DNA of 64,000 nt from Vicinamibacterales bacterium (GCA_965206705.1 CBDBKJ010000006.1:3286946-3350945), one strand, 5' to 3'; shown: positions 12,976 through 22,719, counted from the first letter of the stretch. Made by a program: numbers and translations. Notes: generated from the sequence alone by a model not told the origin.

Positions 12976-13362
12976 ATGAGAAACGAATCCTTCGCGGCGG
13001 TGACGGCGTGGAACGACCTGGCGCTCGAGAAGATCACGGCGCTCGTTTCGCGGAAGCTGGTCAGCGGCGACTGCCAGATGCTGGCCCAGGTGTACCTGAA
13101 GCGCGGGGCCCTCGTGCCGCTCCATGCCCACGACGGCGAGCAGATGATCTACGTGCTCGACGGGATGCTGAAGCTGCGCGTGGCGGGGGAAGACCTCGTC
13201 GTGGGGGACGGCGAGGTGGTACGCATTCCCGGGCGGGCCCCGCACCAGATCGAGGCCCTCGCGGACACCTTCGCGCTCGATCTGCGCGGTTCGGCGCGGG
13301 CCGACCCGGTCTCCCCGCCGGCCGGTGGTCAGGAGACGCCGGGGCGTCCGGAAGAGGGTTGA
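12976..13362 (+). CDS. cupin domain protein
   Basis: About 128 aa from the ATG at 12976. The cupin core is [22 protein letters not shown]...[14 protein letters not shown]. Confidence 0.75.
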   Translation: MRNESFAAVTAWNDLALEKITALVSRKLVSGDCQMLAQVYLKRGALVPLHAHDGEQMIYVLDGMLKLRVAGEDLVVGDGEVVRIPGRAPHQIEALADTFALDLRGSARADPVSPPAGGQETPGRPEEG

Positions 13363-13391
13363 CGCGCCGCGCGTCCGGCGTCTCGGTCCGG

Positions 13392-13455
13392 GCGCGGCCT
13401 TGCGGTCGCGTTGGAAGTTTCGCTGGCGCGAAACTTCTACGGCGCAGGCTCCTGG
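13392..13455 (+). repeat. family A two-hairpin palindromic repeat, copy A (REP/BIME-like)
   Basis: Sequence: gcgcggcc-ttgc-ggtcgcg ttg GAAGTTTCGC-tggc-GCGAAACTTC tacggcgcaggctcctgg. By hand alignment it matches copy B at 49743-49806 at 60/64, with a 44-nt identical core. It lies between convergent genes. Confidence 0.85.
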
Positions 13456-13540
13456 CCCCCGGCGGCTCCACCTGCCGCTCGCCCTCCGGGGGACGCCGCC
13501 GGCCCCGCGGCGGGCCGCCGCCCCAACCGGCGGACGGGGG

Positions 13541-14314
13541 TCAATGGATGGTGCCGTCCCAGTCGTCGCGGCTCGGCAGGACCCGGAACTTGCGGCGGAG
13601 TCGGCCCATCTTCCATTGCAGATACCGGTACTTGATCTCCGCCCGCACCCCGAATCGGCCGAACCGGGGCAGGCCGAGTCCCCGGCCGCGCTTGAGATAC
13701 AGATAGCCGACGATCAGTCCGCTCAAGTGGGCGACGTGGGCGACGCCGCCGCCCCGCGGCACCGACAGGAACGCGATGGTCCCGATGATCATCACGAAGT
13801 ACCGGGCGGGGACCGGGAACACGAAGAACACCAGAATCGGTGCATTCGGATAGTAGACGGCGAACGCCATCAGCAGCCCGTAGATCGCCCCCGAGGCTCC
13901 GATGGTCACGCTGTGATACGTCGGTTCGCTGAAGGCGAACGGCAGCAGGCCCGCGACGATCGTCGCGACGCCGGCGCCGATGCCGGTCACGAGGTAGAAG
14001 CGCAGAAAGTAGGCGGCCCCCCAGAGGCGTTCGAGCTGGACCCCGAACATCCACAGGACCAGCATGTTGAACAGAATGTGGCCGATGCTCCCGTGCAGGA
14101 ACATGTAGCTGGCCGGCTGCCAGAACCGCAGCCCCGTCACCACCGCTTCCGGGCGCAGCCCGAACACCTCGATGAGCAGGTTGCCGAGCGGGGGAATCAC
14201 CGCGCCCGCCACGAAGATGCCGGTGTTGGCCCAGAGCAGCATCTTCACGGCCGGGGTCATCGGACCCGGACCGAACGCCATTCCGGAAGAACCCCGATGG
14301 TAGGTGCGGCGCAT
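13541..14314 (-). CDS. rhomboid family intramembrane serine protease
   Basis: 257 aa from the ATG at 14314. Motifs are [28 protein letters not shown] (GxSG) and a His in AHLSGLIVG. Confidence 0.88.
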   Translation of the reverse strand: MRRTYHRGSSGMAFGPGPMTPAVKMLLWANTGIFVAGAVIPPLGNLLIEVFGLRPEAVVTGLRFWQPASYMFLHGSIGHILFNMLVLWMFGVQLERLWGAAYFLRFYLVTGIGAGVATIVAGLLPFAFSEPTYHSVTIGASGAIYGLLMAFAVYYPNAPILVFFVFPVPARYFVMIIGTIAFLSVPRGGGVAHVAHLSGLIVGYLYLKRGRGLGLPRFGRFGVRAEIKYRYLQWKMGRLRRKFRVLPSRDDWDGTIH

Positions 14315-14339
14315 CTCCGCGCCATCGTACCACGAGCCG

Positions 14340-14400
14340 GCGCGACCGAAGGTCGCGTTGGGAGTCTCGCCGGCGCCAAACTCCCACGGCGCCAGTCTCC
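14340..14400 (+). repeat. family A repeat, degenerate copy D
   Basis: Sequence: gcgcgacc-gaa-ggtcgcg ttg GGGAGTCTCGCCGGCGCCAAACTCCC acggcgccagtctcc. It lies in the murJ/rhomboid spacer. Confidence 0.6.
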
Positions 14401-14510
14401 GGCTCGGATTCAGCGGCGTTGAGCAACAGGGAGCGTGGCTGCCTCGGTGGCGTCTTCGTCGGCGCGCACCAGAACCGGCAGCGTCCGGCGGGGGGCTCCC
14501 GCCGGGGTGA

Positions 14511-16142
14511 TCATCCGCGGGCGGGGGGCGGCCGGTCGGCGCGCAGCCGGCCCAGGAGCTCCTCGCGGACCTCATCGAGCTCGGCGATGCCCAGGAGCCG
14601 GGCGGCGGCGGCCAGGACGATCAGGCCGAGGGCGATCTCCCCGCCCAGGATCAGTCCGGCGGTGACGACGCCGCTGTCCGCCGCGAGCCCCCCGACCAGG
14701 CCCTCGGCCGCGGCGACCGTCGCGCCCATCGCCGCCGCCGCGAGACAGGTCCGCACGAAAGTGTCCGCGAAGCTGCGGGCCTCGATCCCGCCGAGCCGGC
14801 GATGCAGCAGGAAGAGCAGGACGCCGGCGTTGAGCCACGACGCGATCGTCGTGCCCAGCGCGAGTCCGGGATACCCCAGGATTCGCACGAGGGCGAGATT
14901 CAGCACGATGTTCAGGCCGACGGTCAGGACGCTCACCAGGGCCGGGGTCAGGCTCGTGCCGAAGGCGTAGAAGACCGGGGCGGTCAGCCGGACCGCCGCG
15001 TAGCCGACGATGCCCGGCGCGTAGTACACCAGGGCGCGCGCCGTCGCCGGGGTGTCGGCCGGCGTGAATACGCCGTGCTCGAAGATGAGCCGCACGATGG
15101 GGGTCGCGAGGACCGCGAGCCCGACCGCCGCCGGCACCATCACCGCCGACGTCAGGCGCAGCCCGTGCGAGACGGTCCGGCGCACCGCCGTCACGTCGCC
15201 GGCGGCCGCGTGGCGGGACACCGCGGGCAGGATCACCGTCGCGATCGACACCCCGAGCACCCCCAGGGGGAGGTACATCAGCCGGAACGCCAACGTCAGC
15301 CACGTGACGGCGCCGGTGCCCTCGCCGGTGGCGAGGATGGTGTTCACGAGCAGGTTCATCTGCAGCGCGGCCCCCGCGACCGTCGCCGGTCCCATCAGTC
15401 CCACGACCTCCCGCAGACCCGGGTCGGCCGGGTCGAGGACGAGGCGATGGCGGAATCCCTCGCGGCGCAGCTGCCACCATTGCGCCGCGATCTGTCCCGC
15501 CCCGCCGACCAGTACCGCGCCCGCCACCGCCACGATCGGCTCGATCCCGGTTTCCGCCATCAGCGGCACGATGACGACGGCGCTCAGGATGAGGCTGACG
15601 TTGTACGCGGCGGGCGACACCGCGGGGACGAAGAACCGCCGCAGCGAGTTCAGCATGCCCATGCAGACGGCGGCGACCACCACCAGGGGGAGGAACGGCA
15701 GCACGATGCGGGTCAGCTGCACCGTCAGCTCGAACTTGCCGGGCACCGCCTGGTAGTCGCCGGCGAACAGGCGTGTCAGAGGCTCGGCGAAGACGATGCC
15801 GGCCACCACGAGGCCGCCGGTGACGACCGCGAGGGCGTTGATCAACTGGGCGCCGAGCCGCCACGCCGCGTCGCGGCCGGCGTTGGTCAGGCGCCGCGTG
15901 AAGACGGGCACGAAGGCGGCGTTCATCGCCCCTTCGGCGAAGAGCTCGCGCAGCAGATTCGGGATGCGCAGCGCCACGAGGAAGGCGTCCATCGCATTGC
16001 CGGCGCCGAAGCGGTAGGCGAGCGCCTGATCCCGGACCAGCCCCAGCACCCGGCTGGTCATGGTGGCGAGGCTCACGATGCCGGCCGAGCGGGTCAGCCC
16101 GTCGCCGGGCGGGTCGGGGGGCGTCATCGTTCGGGGCGGCAT
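14511..16142 (-). CDS. murJ: lipid II flippase MurJ
   Basis: N-terminus SRVLGLVRDQALAYRFGAGNAMDAFLVALRIPNLLRELFAEGAMNAAFVP, with about 14 TM segments. The start is taken at the ATG at 16142 (an alternative is 16127). Confidence 0.9.
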   Translation of the reverse strand: MPPRTMTPPDPPGDGLTRSAGIVSLATMTSRVLGLVRDQALAYRFGAGNAMDAFLVALRIPNLLRELFAEGAMNAAFVPVFTRRLTNAGRDAAWRLGAQLINALAVVTGGLVVAGIVFAEPLTRLFAGDYQAVPGKFELTVQLTRIVLPFLPLVVVAAVCMGMLNSLRRFFVPAVSPAAYNVSLILSAVVIVPLMAETGIEPIVAVAGAVLVGGAGQIAAQWWQLRREGFRHRLVLDPADPGLREVVGLMGPATVAGAALQMNLLVNTILATGEGTGAVTWLTLAFRLMYLPLGVLGVSIATVILPAVSRHAAAGDVTAVRRTVSHGLRLTSAVMVPAAVGLAVLATPIVRLIFEHGVFTPADTPATARALVYYAPGIVGYAAVRLTAPVFYAFGTSLTPALVSVLTVGLNIVLNLALVRILGYPGLALGTTIASWLNAGVLLFLLHRRLGGIEARSFADTFVRTCLAAAAMGATVAAAEGLVGGLAADSGVVTAGLILGGEIALGLIVLAAAARLLGIAELDEVREELLGRLRADRPPPARG

Positions 16143-16152
16143 CGAGGCGGGG

Positions 16153-17235
16153 TCAGGTGGCGAACCGGAAGTTGATGACGTCGCCGTCGCGGACCTCGTA
16201 GTCCTTGCCCTCCAGCCGCACCTTTCCATGCTCGCGGCAGGCGGCGTGCGAGCCGTCCCGCGCGGTCAGGGCGTCGTAGTGGACCACCTCCGCGCGGATG
16301 AACCCCCGGGCGATATCGCTGTGGATCTCGCCGGCCGCCTCCTGCGCCGCGGTGCCGCGCGGCACCGACCAGGCCCGGCACTCGTCCTTCCCCACGGTGA
16401 AGAAGGAGATGTACCCCAGCAGCCGGTAGCTCGCCCGGACGACCCGGTCGAGTCCGGAGTCGGTGAGGCCGATGTCGGCGAGAAACGCGGCCCGGTCGCC
16501 GGGCGGCAGCTCGGCAATCTCCAGCTCGATCTTCGCGCAGACCGGAGCCGTCTCGATTCCGCTTCCGGACAGGGCGCCGGCGAGGCCGGTCCGTTCGATG
16601 GCCGGCTCCGGGTCCGCCACGTCCGCCTCGTCGAGGTTGAGCACGACGAGCAGCGGCTTGGCGGAGAGAAAGCTGAAGCCCCGCAGCCGTTTGGCGTCGG
16701 CCGCGTCGAGGGCGAGCGCGCGCAGCGGCCGCCCCTCTTCCAGGGCCGCCCGGCAGTGCTCGATCACCCGCCGCTCCTCGTCCAGCTCGCGGCTCCGGCC
16801 TTTCTTCATGTCCTGGCGGATTCTCTCCAGACGCCGCTCCGCCACGCCCAGATCGGCCAGGATCAGCTCATCCTCCATCTGCCGGGCGTCCCGGGCCGGG
16901 TTCAGATCGCCGGCCGCATGCGGGACCCGCTCGTCGGAGAACATCCGCAGCACGTGAACCAACGCGTCGGCGTTGCGGAACCCCGACACGTCGAGCATCG
17001 CGGCGGCGGAACCGTGCCCGGCCAGCTCGCTCACCTCGACGGTGGCCGGCACGTGCCGCCGCGGGTCGAACAACGCCGTCAACCGGTCGAGACGGGGGTC
17101 GGGCACCTGCGCGATGCCCACCTGGGACGCCTGCCGGCGAGGCGCCGTCGCCGGTTCGCCGGACGATTGCGTCAACAAACGGAACAGGGAGGTCTTCCCC
17201 GTCGATGGCAGCCCGATGAGCCCGGCCCGCAACAT
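16153..17235 (-). CDS. ychF: redox-regulated ribosome-binding ATPase YchF
   Basis: 360 aa with a P-loop GLPSTGKTSLF and a C-terminal YchF/TGS-like region (IARGFIRAEVV). Confidence 0.92.
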   Translation of the reverse strand: MLRAGLIGLPSTGKTSLFRLLTQSSGEPATAPRRQASQVGIAQVPDPRLDRLTALFDPRRHVPATVEVSELAGHGSAAAMLDVSGFRNADALVHVLRMFSDERVPHAAGDLNPARDARQMEDELILADLGVAERRLERIRQDMKKGRSRELDEERRVIEHCRAALEEGRPLRALALDAADAKRLRGFSFLSAKPLLVVLNLDEADVADPEPAIERTGLAGALSGSGIETAPVCAKIELEIAELPPGDRAAFLADIGLTDSGLDRVVRASYRLLGYISFFTVGKDECRAWSVPRGTAAQEAAGEIHSDIARGFIRAEVVHYDALTARDGSHAACREHGKVRLEGKDYEVRDGDVINFRFAT

Positions 17236-17367
17236 GATTCCCGTCGCCCTCCCTCCGCCGTCCGAGCGGCGACCCGGCCGGCATGCTCTGTCCCGATGCC
17301 GGCGGGGGGGCCCGATCCGGGCGGAAAAACGAAATTAAAGCGTAAGTATCAGATTCCACGCAACTTG

Positions 17368-17396
17368 TTGACACCTGCGTGGTCCTTCTCTATAGT
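17368..17396 (+). promoter_or_regulatory. candidate Pmra promoter of the dcw cluster (TTGACA-17 nt-TATAGT)
   Basis: A consensus -35 at 17368-17373 and a near-consensus -10 at 17391-17396, in an AT-richer patch upstream of mraZ. Confidence 0.6.
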
Positions 17397-17435
17397 GGAG
17401 TGGAGTTTATTGGACCTCAGTGGAGTGTAGTGGTG
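17395..17435 (+). promoter_or_regulatory. candidate MraZ operator: two arrays of GTGKN pentamers
   Basis: GTGGAGTGGAG lies at 17395-17405 and GTGGAGTGTAGTGGTG at 17420-17435, between the -10 box and the mraZ start. MraZ is known to bind direct GTG-containing repeats in its own promoter. Confidence 0.3.
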
Positions 17436-17879
17436 CTTCGTGGGAATTATTCAGTCAAAATCGACGAAAAGGGACGGCTGAAGATTCCTGCCCTGTTCCG
17501 CACCGCCATACAGGATCGGTACGGCACCCAGGTGTATGTGACCTCCCGCAAGGACAAGGGCGTCGTCGTCAACATCTACCCGATGCCGGTCTGGGAAGAG
17601 ATGGAGCGCAAGCTGGCCGACCTCCCGCCGTCGCTGCCCGAGCTCGCCCGCTACGTCGACCTGGTGAACTACTACGGCCAGCCCGGCGAGATCGACAAGC
17701 AGGGCCGGGTGTCCATTCATCCGCTGTTGCGGGAGTCGGCGTCGATGACGGGCGACGTGGACGTCCTGGGTCAGCTCGACCATCTCGATATCTGGAATCA
17801 CGAACGGTTCTCCACGCGGATGGCGAACGAGCCGTTCACCGACGCCGATGCCCGGAAGCTGTCGGAGTTCGGCATCTGA
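17433..17879 (+). CDS. mraZ: transcriptional regulator MraZ
   Basis: A GTG at 17433 gives M-LRGNYSVKIDEKGRLKIPALFR, matching the usual MraZ N-terminus (MFRGxY..D.KGR). A second SpoVT/AbrB-like repeat (IDKQGRVSIHPLLR) is present. The ORF-track start at 17379 lies inside the promoter. Confidence 0.9.
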   Translation: MLRGNYSVKIDEKGRLKIPALFRTAIQDRYGTQVYVTSRKDKGVVVNIYPMPVWEEMERKLADLPPSLPELARYVDLVNYYGQPGEIDKQGRVSIHPLLRESASMTGDVDVLGQLDHLDIWNHERFSTRMANEPFTDADARKLSEFGI

Positions 17880-18772
17880 TGGCGACGATCCTACACGAGC
17901 CGGTCCTGCGGGCGGAGACGATCGAGCTGCTCGATCCGGCGGATCGCGGGCTCGTCGTCGACTGCACGGTGGGCACCGGCGGACACGCGGCGGCATTGCT
18001 CGAGGCGGGGGCGGCTCGGGTCCTCGGGCTCGATCGGGACGCCGACGTGCTCCCCCTGGCCCGGCGTCGCCTGGCCGCCTGGAAGGACCGCGTGGACCTG
18101 GTTCACGCCGACTATCGCAGCCTGGACGAAGTACTGGACCGCCTGGGCGTCGATCGGGTGGACGGGGCCCTGGCCGACCTCGGGTGCTCCTCGACGCAGC
18201 TCGAGACGGAAGGGCGGGGGTTCAGCTTCCGCCGCGACGACCCGTTGGACATGCGCATGGACCGGTCGTCGGGCCGGACGCTCGCCGATCTCCTCGCCGA
18301 GGCGACCCCCGAGGGGTTGGCGGACGTCATCTTCCAGTACGGCGAGGAGCGGCATTCGCGCCGCATCGCCCGCGCCATCGTCGCCGCGTGGGCCGGCGCC
18401 GGAATCAGGACGACGGCCGAGCTCGCGACCGTCGTCCGCCGGGCCGTGCGATACCGCGGCCGGGCTCGCATCGACCCCGCGACACGTACGTTTCAGGCCC
18501 TGCGCATCTGGGTCAACCAGGAGCTCGAGGGGCTCGACGCGTTCCTGCGTTCGGCGGCCGGGCGTCTGAAGGCCGGCGCCCGCCTCGCCGTCATCAGCTT
18601 CCACTCGCTCGAGGACCGGATCGTCAAGTACACCCTGCGCGAGCTCGAGGGCGGCGGCGAGCTCGCGATGCGGATTCTGACCCGCAAGCCGGTGCGGGCG
18701 GCGGGGGATGAACTGCAGCGCAACGCCCGTGCCCGCTCCGCCAAGCTGCGCGCGGCCTGGAGGGTGTCGTGA
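17879..18772 (+). CDS. rsmH: 16S rRNA (cytosine1402-N4)-methyltransferase RsmH
   Basis: 297 aa from an ATG overlapping the mraZ stop (TGATG). Motifs are HEPVL, DCTVGTGGH, FSFRRDDPLDMRMD and ISFHSLEDRIVK. Confidence 0.94.
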   Translation: MATILHEPVLRAETIELLDPADRGLVVDCTVGTGGHAAALLEAGAARVLGLDRDADVLPLARRRLAAWKDRVDLVHADYRSLDEVLDRLGVDRVDGALADLGCSSTQLETEGRGFSFRRDDPLDMRMDRSSGRTLADLLAEATPEGLADVIFQYGEERHSRRIARAIVAAWAGAGIRTTAELATVVRRAVRYRGRARIDPATRTFQALRIWVNQELEGLDAFLRSAAGRLKAGARLAVISFHSLEDRIVKYTLRELEGGGELAMRILTRKPVRAAGDELQRNARARSAKLRAAWRVS

Positions 18773-19197
18773 ACCAGCAGAACCTGGACTTCCGGGTCAC
18801 GCGCGACATCCGCAACGCGCCGATCGTTCGCGAGATCGACCGGCGGCGGCAGCGCGAGCTCTGGCGATCGCTCGCGGTGGCGGTCTGCTTCGTGGCCGTG
18901 CTCCTGTTCTCCGCCTGGCAGAACTTCGAGCTGTTGAGATACGGCTACGAGATCGAGCAGATGGAGCGGGAGCGGTCCGAGGAGCTCGACCTGAATCGGC
19001 ATCTGCGTCTCGAGGTCGAGACGCTGCGCGCGCCGCAGCGGATCGAGCGTATCGCGACCACCGAGCTGGGTCTGGTGCCTCCCGCGGTTGGCGGCGTGCA
19101 GGTGATCGAGCGTCAGGTGGCGTCGCCGCCGCCCGGCCGTAGCGTGATGGCCACGCGGGACACGGGTGCGCGGATCGCCCCGGTGGCCGCGCGTTGA
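18769..19197 (+). CDS. ftsL: cell division protein FtsL
   Basis: 142 aa with a single TM segment and a coiled coil, in the conserved position between rsmH and ftsI. Confidence 0.75.
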   Translation: MNQQNLDFRVTRDIRNAPIVREIDRRRQRELWRSLAVAVCFVAVLLFSAWQNFELLRYGYEIEQMERERSEELDLNRHLRLEVETLRAPQRIERIATTELGLVPPAVGGVQVIERQVASPPPGRSVMATRDTGARIAPVAAR

Positions 19198-19204
19198 GAA
19201 GACG

Positions 19205-21208
19205 ATGGCATTGAACCCCGGCGCGGCCGGCGATTGGCGGCAGGTTCTGCACCCGCGGGTGAAGCTCGTCGCCGGCGTCATGGTGTTGTGGGGGATCGTG
19301 ATCCTCGGACGGCTCGTCGAGCTCCAGATCGTCCGCTACGACGACTTCGTGGCGCGCGCCCTCGATCAGCACGAGCGGGCGATCGAGACGCCGGCGAGAC
19401 GCGGGGAGCTCCTCGACCGCGACGGGAGCGTGCTGGCCTACGACGTGGCCGCCGACACCGTCATCGCCGAACCGAGGGACGTGGAGAACCCGGCGGAGAC
19501 GGCCCGGCGGCTCTGCGAGGTGCTCCAGTGCACGGCGGACCGGCGCGGGAGGCTGGAGTCGACGCTCGCCGCCGACAACGGCTTCGCCTATGTGGCGCGG
19601 CAGGTGTCGCCGCGTGCGGCCGAGCGGATACGGAACCTCGACCTCCGCGGCATCGACTTTCTGAAGGAGAACCGGCGCTACTACCCCAACGGTACGTTGG
19701 CCGCGCACCTGCTGGGCCACGTCGGCGTCGACAATCAGGGACTGCACGGTCTGGAATCGCTGTACGAGCAGACGCTCGCAGGCGAGCCGGGGAGAGTCCT
19801 GGTGCGGCTGGACGCGCAGCAGCAGGCCTTCCGCCGCGTCGAGCGGCGGCCGACGGCGGGGGTCTCCCTCGAGCTGACCATCGACAGCTACATTCAGCAC
19901 ATCGCCGAGCGGGAGCTTCGCGCCACCGTCCGCGAGCACGATGCGGAGGGCGGCAGCGTCGTGGTCCTGGACCCGCGCACCGGCGACATCCTCGCGCTCG
20001 CCAACGAACCCTCCTTCAACCCGAACGCGTGGGCCGATGCCACGTCGGACACCCGCAGGAACCGTGCGACGCAGGACGTCTACGAACCGGGATCGACCTT
20101 CAAGATCGTCACCGCCTCGGCCGCCCTCGAAGAGCAGGTCTTCCGGCCCGAGGACGTCATCGACGTGAGCCCCGGCGTGATCTACTACGGGGGCAGGCCG
20201 ATCCGGGACGTGCGCAACTACGGGTCGCTCACGTTCGCCGACGTCATCGTCAAGTCCAGCAACGTGGGGACGAGTCAGGTCGGTGTGGCCCTGGGGGCGG
20301 ATCGACTCAACCGCTACGTGCGGCGGTTCGGTTTCGGTCAGACGATCTCGCGGGATTTCCCCGGCGAGAGCCGCGGGATCGTGCATGACGCATCGCGGCT
20401 TCGCGAGGGTGGGTTGGCCCGCGTGTCGATGGGCTACAACATCTCCGTGACGCCGCTGCAGATGGCGGTCGCGATGAACGCGGTCGCCAGCGGCGGGATG
20501 TTGATGGCGCCCCGTCTGGTCAGGGCGGAGCTGCGCGGCGGCGCCCGCGAGGAGATTCCGGTGCGGGTCGTCAAGCGGGCGATCCAGGCGCCGACCGCCG
20601 CCTCGCTGACCCGGATCATGGAGGACGTCGTGGTCCGGGGGACCGCCCGGCGGGCCCGGATAGAGGGGTACAGCGTCGCCGGCAAGACCGGCACGGCGGA
20701 GAAGATCCTGCCCGGCGGCGGCTACTCCAGCACGAACCACGTCGCCTCGTTCGGGGGTTTCGTGCCGTCCTCCCGGCCCGAGGCGACCATTCTGGTCGTG
20801 GTCGACGGCGTGGCCCGGTTCGGCGGCTCGGTGGCCGCCCCGGCGTTCCGTCGGATCGGCGAGGCGGTTCTCCGGCATCTCGGCGTCGCTCCCGATCTCG
20901 ATGCGCCGCGCCGGCTTCTCGTGCCGGCCGAGCCCGCGCCGTTCCCCGGCGCGCGGCCCCTCCGGGTGCGTGCCGACGCGTCGCCCGGCCCGGCCGGATC
21001 GATCGCGGTCGAGCCCGGCGTGATGCCCGATCTGCAGGGGGTCGGCGCACGTGCGGCGCTCGCGATCGCGAGCGAGCTGGGTCTGTCGACCCGGCTCCGC
21101 GGGCGGGGAGTCGTCGTCGCGCAGGCGCCGGCGGCGGGCGATGCGATCGCCCGGGGGCAGGCGTTGACGCTGACGCTCGAACGCCGCCCGGCGAGGGCAG
21201 GGTCATGA
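19205..21208 (+). CDS. ftsI: penicillin-binding protein (FtsI/PBP3 class) with a C-terminal PASTA domain
   Basis: Transpeptidase motifs STFK, SSN and KTGTA are present. The C-terminal about 60 aa (MPDLQGVGARAALAIASELGLSTRLRGRGVVVAQAPAAGDAIARGQALTLTL) fit the PASTA pattern. The start is taken at the ATG at 19205. Confidence 0.9.
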   Translation: MALNPGAAGDWRQVLHPRVKLVAGVMVLWGIVILGRLVELQIVRYDDFVARALDQHERAIETPARRGELLDRDGSVLAYDVAADTVIAEPRDVENPAETARRLCEVLQCTADRRGRLESTLAADNGFAYVARQVSPRAAERIRNLDLRGIDFLKENRRYYPNGTLAAHLLGHVGVDNQGLHGLESLYEQTLAGEPGRVLVRLDAQQQAFRRVERRPTAGVSLELTIDSYIQHIAERELRATVREHDAEGGSVVVLDPRTGDILALANEPSFNPNAWADATSDTRRNRATQDVYEPGSTFKIVTASAALEEQVFRPEDVIDVSPGVIYYGGRPIRDVRNYGSLTFADVIVKSSNVGTSQVGVALGADRLNRYVRRFGFGQTISRDFPGESRGIVHDASRLREGGLARVSMGYNISVTPLQMAVAMNAVASGGMLMAPRLVRAELRGGAREEIPVRVVKRAIQAPTAASLTRIMEDVVVRGTARRARIEGYSVAGKTGTAEKILPGGGYSSTNHVASFGGFVPSSRPEATILVVVDGVARFGGSVAAPAFRRIGEAVLRHLGVAPDLDAPRRLLVPAEPAPFPGARPLRVRADASPGPAGSIAVEPGVMPDLQGVGARAALAIASELGLSTRLRGRGVVVAQAPAAGDAIARGQALTLTLERRPARAGS

Positions 21209-22719
21209 CCGTCGGCCAGCTGATGCCGCGGCTGTCGGGACGGGTGGAGACCGGTGCCGGGACGCCGGCGTTCGATGCCGCCGTCCTCACGCGCGACGCG
21301 ACGGCGATCGCCTTCGACTCGCGCCGCGTCGAGCCGGGGGCCATCTTCGTTGCGGTGAAGGGGCAGCACGTCGACGGCGCGAGCTTCGCCGCCGAGGCGA
21401 CCCGGCGGGGGGCGGTGCTGGTGGTCTCCGAGTCGGGGGCGCGGCCCGGCACGGAAGGGCGCTGGGTGCAGGTGACCGACGCCCGGCTTGCCCTCGCCGA
21501 GCTGTCTGCCGCGTTCTACGGCGACCCCAGTCGCGACCTCACGGTCGTCGGGGTGACCGGCACCAACGGCAAGACCACCACGACGTACCTGCTGACGGCG
21601 ATCTTCGAGGCGGCCGGGAGGCCCTGCGGCCGCATCGGAACCGTGTCGTACCGGGCCGGCGGGGGCGAAGCGGCGGCGCCGCACACGACGCCCGAGGCGC
21701 CGGACGTACAGGCGCTGCTGCGCGAGATGGTCGAGCATCGCATCACCGCCTGCGTGATGGAGGTGTCCTCGCACGCCTTGTCGATGCGCCGGGTGGACCG
21801 GACCGCGTTCACGGCCGCCATCTTCACCAACCTCACGCGGGAACACCTCGACTATCACGCCGACATGGCGGGGTATTTCGACGCGAAGCGCCGCCTCTTC
21901 GACATGCTTCCGCTCGGCGCGCCGTCGATCGTCAACCTCGACGACCCCGCCGGCCGCCGGCTCGCCGGCATGGTCGGCCATCCCGTCACCTATGCCGTCG
22001 ACCGGGCGGCGGCGGTGCGGCCCGAGCGGATGGAGTCCACGCGGGCCGGCACCAGGCTCGACGTGCGCACGCCCCGCGGGCAGCTGCAACTGTGCTCGCC
22101 CATGCCGGGGCGGGTGAACGTCTACAACCTCCTTGCCGCGACCGCCGCCGCCCTCGCCCTCGACCTGCCGCTGTCCGCCATCGAGCGAGGCGTGGCCGGG
22201 CTCGAGGGTGTGCCGGGGCGGTTCGAGGTCGTGTCCTCGCCCGACGACGACGTCTGGGTGCTGCTCGACTTCGCCCATACCGACGATGCGCTGCGGGCGG
22301 TGCTCGGGGCGGTGCGCGAGTTCCGCACCCGCCGCCTCATCAGCGTCTTCGGGTGCGGCGGCGACCGCGACCGCACCAAGCGCCCGTTGATGGGTGCGGT
22401 GGCGGCCAGACTCAGCGATCTGGTGGTGCTGACCTCCGACAATCCGCGGTCCGAGGATCCGGATCGCATCATCGATGAGATTCGCTGCGGCATCCTCGGG
22501 ACGGCCGGCGCGGCGGAATGCCGCCACCTGGCGATCGCCGACCGCCGCGCCGCCATCGAGCGCGCCATCGCCGAGGCCGAGCCGGGCGATGCCGTCGTCA
22601 TCGCCGGCAAGGGGCACGAGCGCGTGCAGGAGATCGGCGGCCGGCAGCTGCCTTTCGAGGACCGCGTCGTGGCCCGCGAGGCGCTCGCGCACCGGCGGAC
22701 CCGGGCGCCCGTGCGATGA
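21205..22719 (+). CDS. murE: UDP-N-acetylmuramoyl-L-alanyl-D-glutamate--2,6-diaminopimelate ligase
   Basis: 504-aa Mur ligase (GVTGTNGKTTT). The DNPR motif (TSDNPRSEDP) is typical of mDAP-adding MurE. Confidence 0.93.
   Translation: MTVGQLMPRLSGRVETGAGTPAFDAAVLTRDATAIAFDSRRVEPGAIFVAVKGQHVDGASFAAEATRRGAVLVVSESGARPGTEGRWVQVTDARLALAELSAAFYGDPSRDLTVVGVTGTNGKTTTTYLLTAIFEAAGRPCGRIGTVSYRAGGGEAAAPHTTPEAPDVQALLREMVEHRITACVMEVSSHALSMRRVDRTAFTAAIFTNLTREHLDYHADMAGYFDAKRRLFDMLPLGAPSIVNLDDPAGRRLAGMVGHPVTYAVDRAAAVRPERMESTRAGTRLDVRTPRGQLQLCSPMPGRVNVYNLLAATAAALALDLPLSAIERGVAGLEGVPGRFEVVSSPDDDVWVLLDFAHTDDALRAVLGAVREFRTRRLISVFGCGGDRDRTKRPLMGAVAARLSDLVVLTSDNPRSEDPDRIIDEIRCGILGTAGAAECRHLAIADRRAAIERAIAEAEPGDAVVIAGKGHERVQEIGGRQLPFEDRVVAREALAHRRTRAPVR

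Noticed and set aside
17379-17432. The ORF-track start of mraZ at 17379.
   Set aside because: It lies between the -35 and -10 boxes of the predicted promoter. The GTG at 17433 reproduces the conserved MraZ N-terminus.
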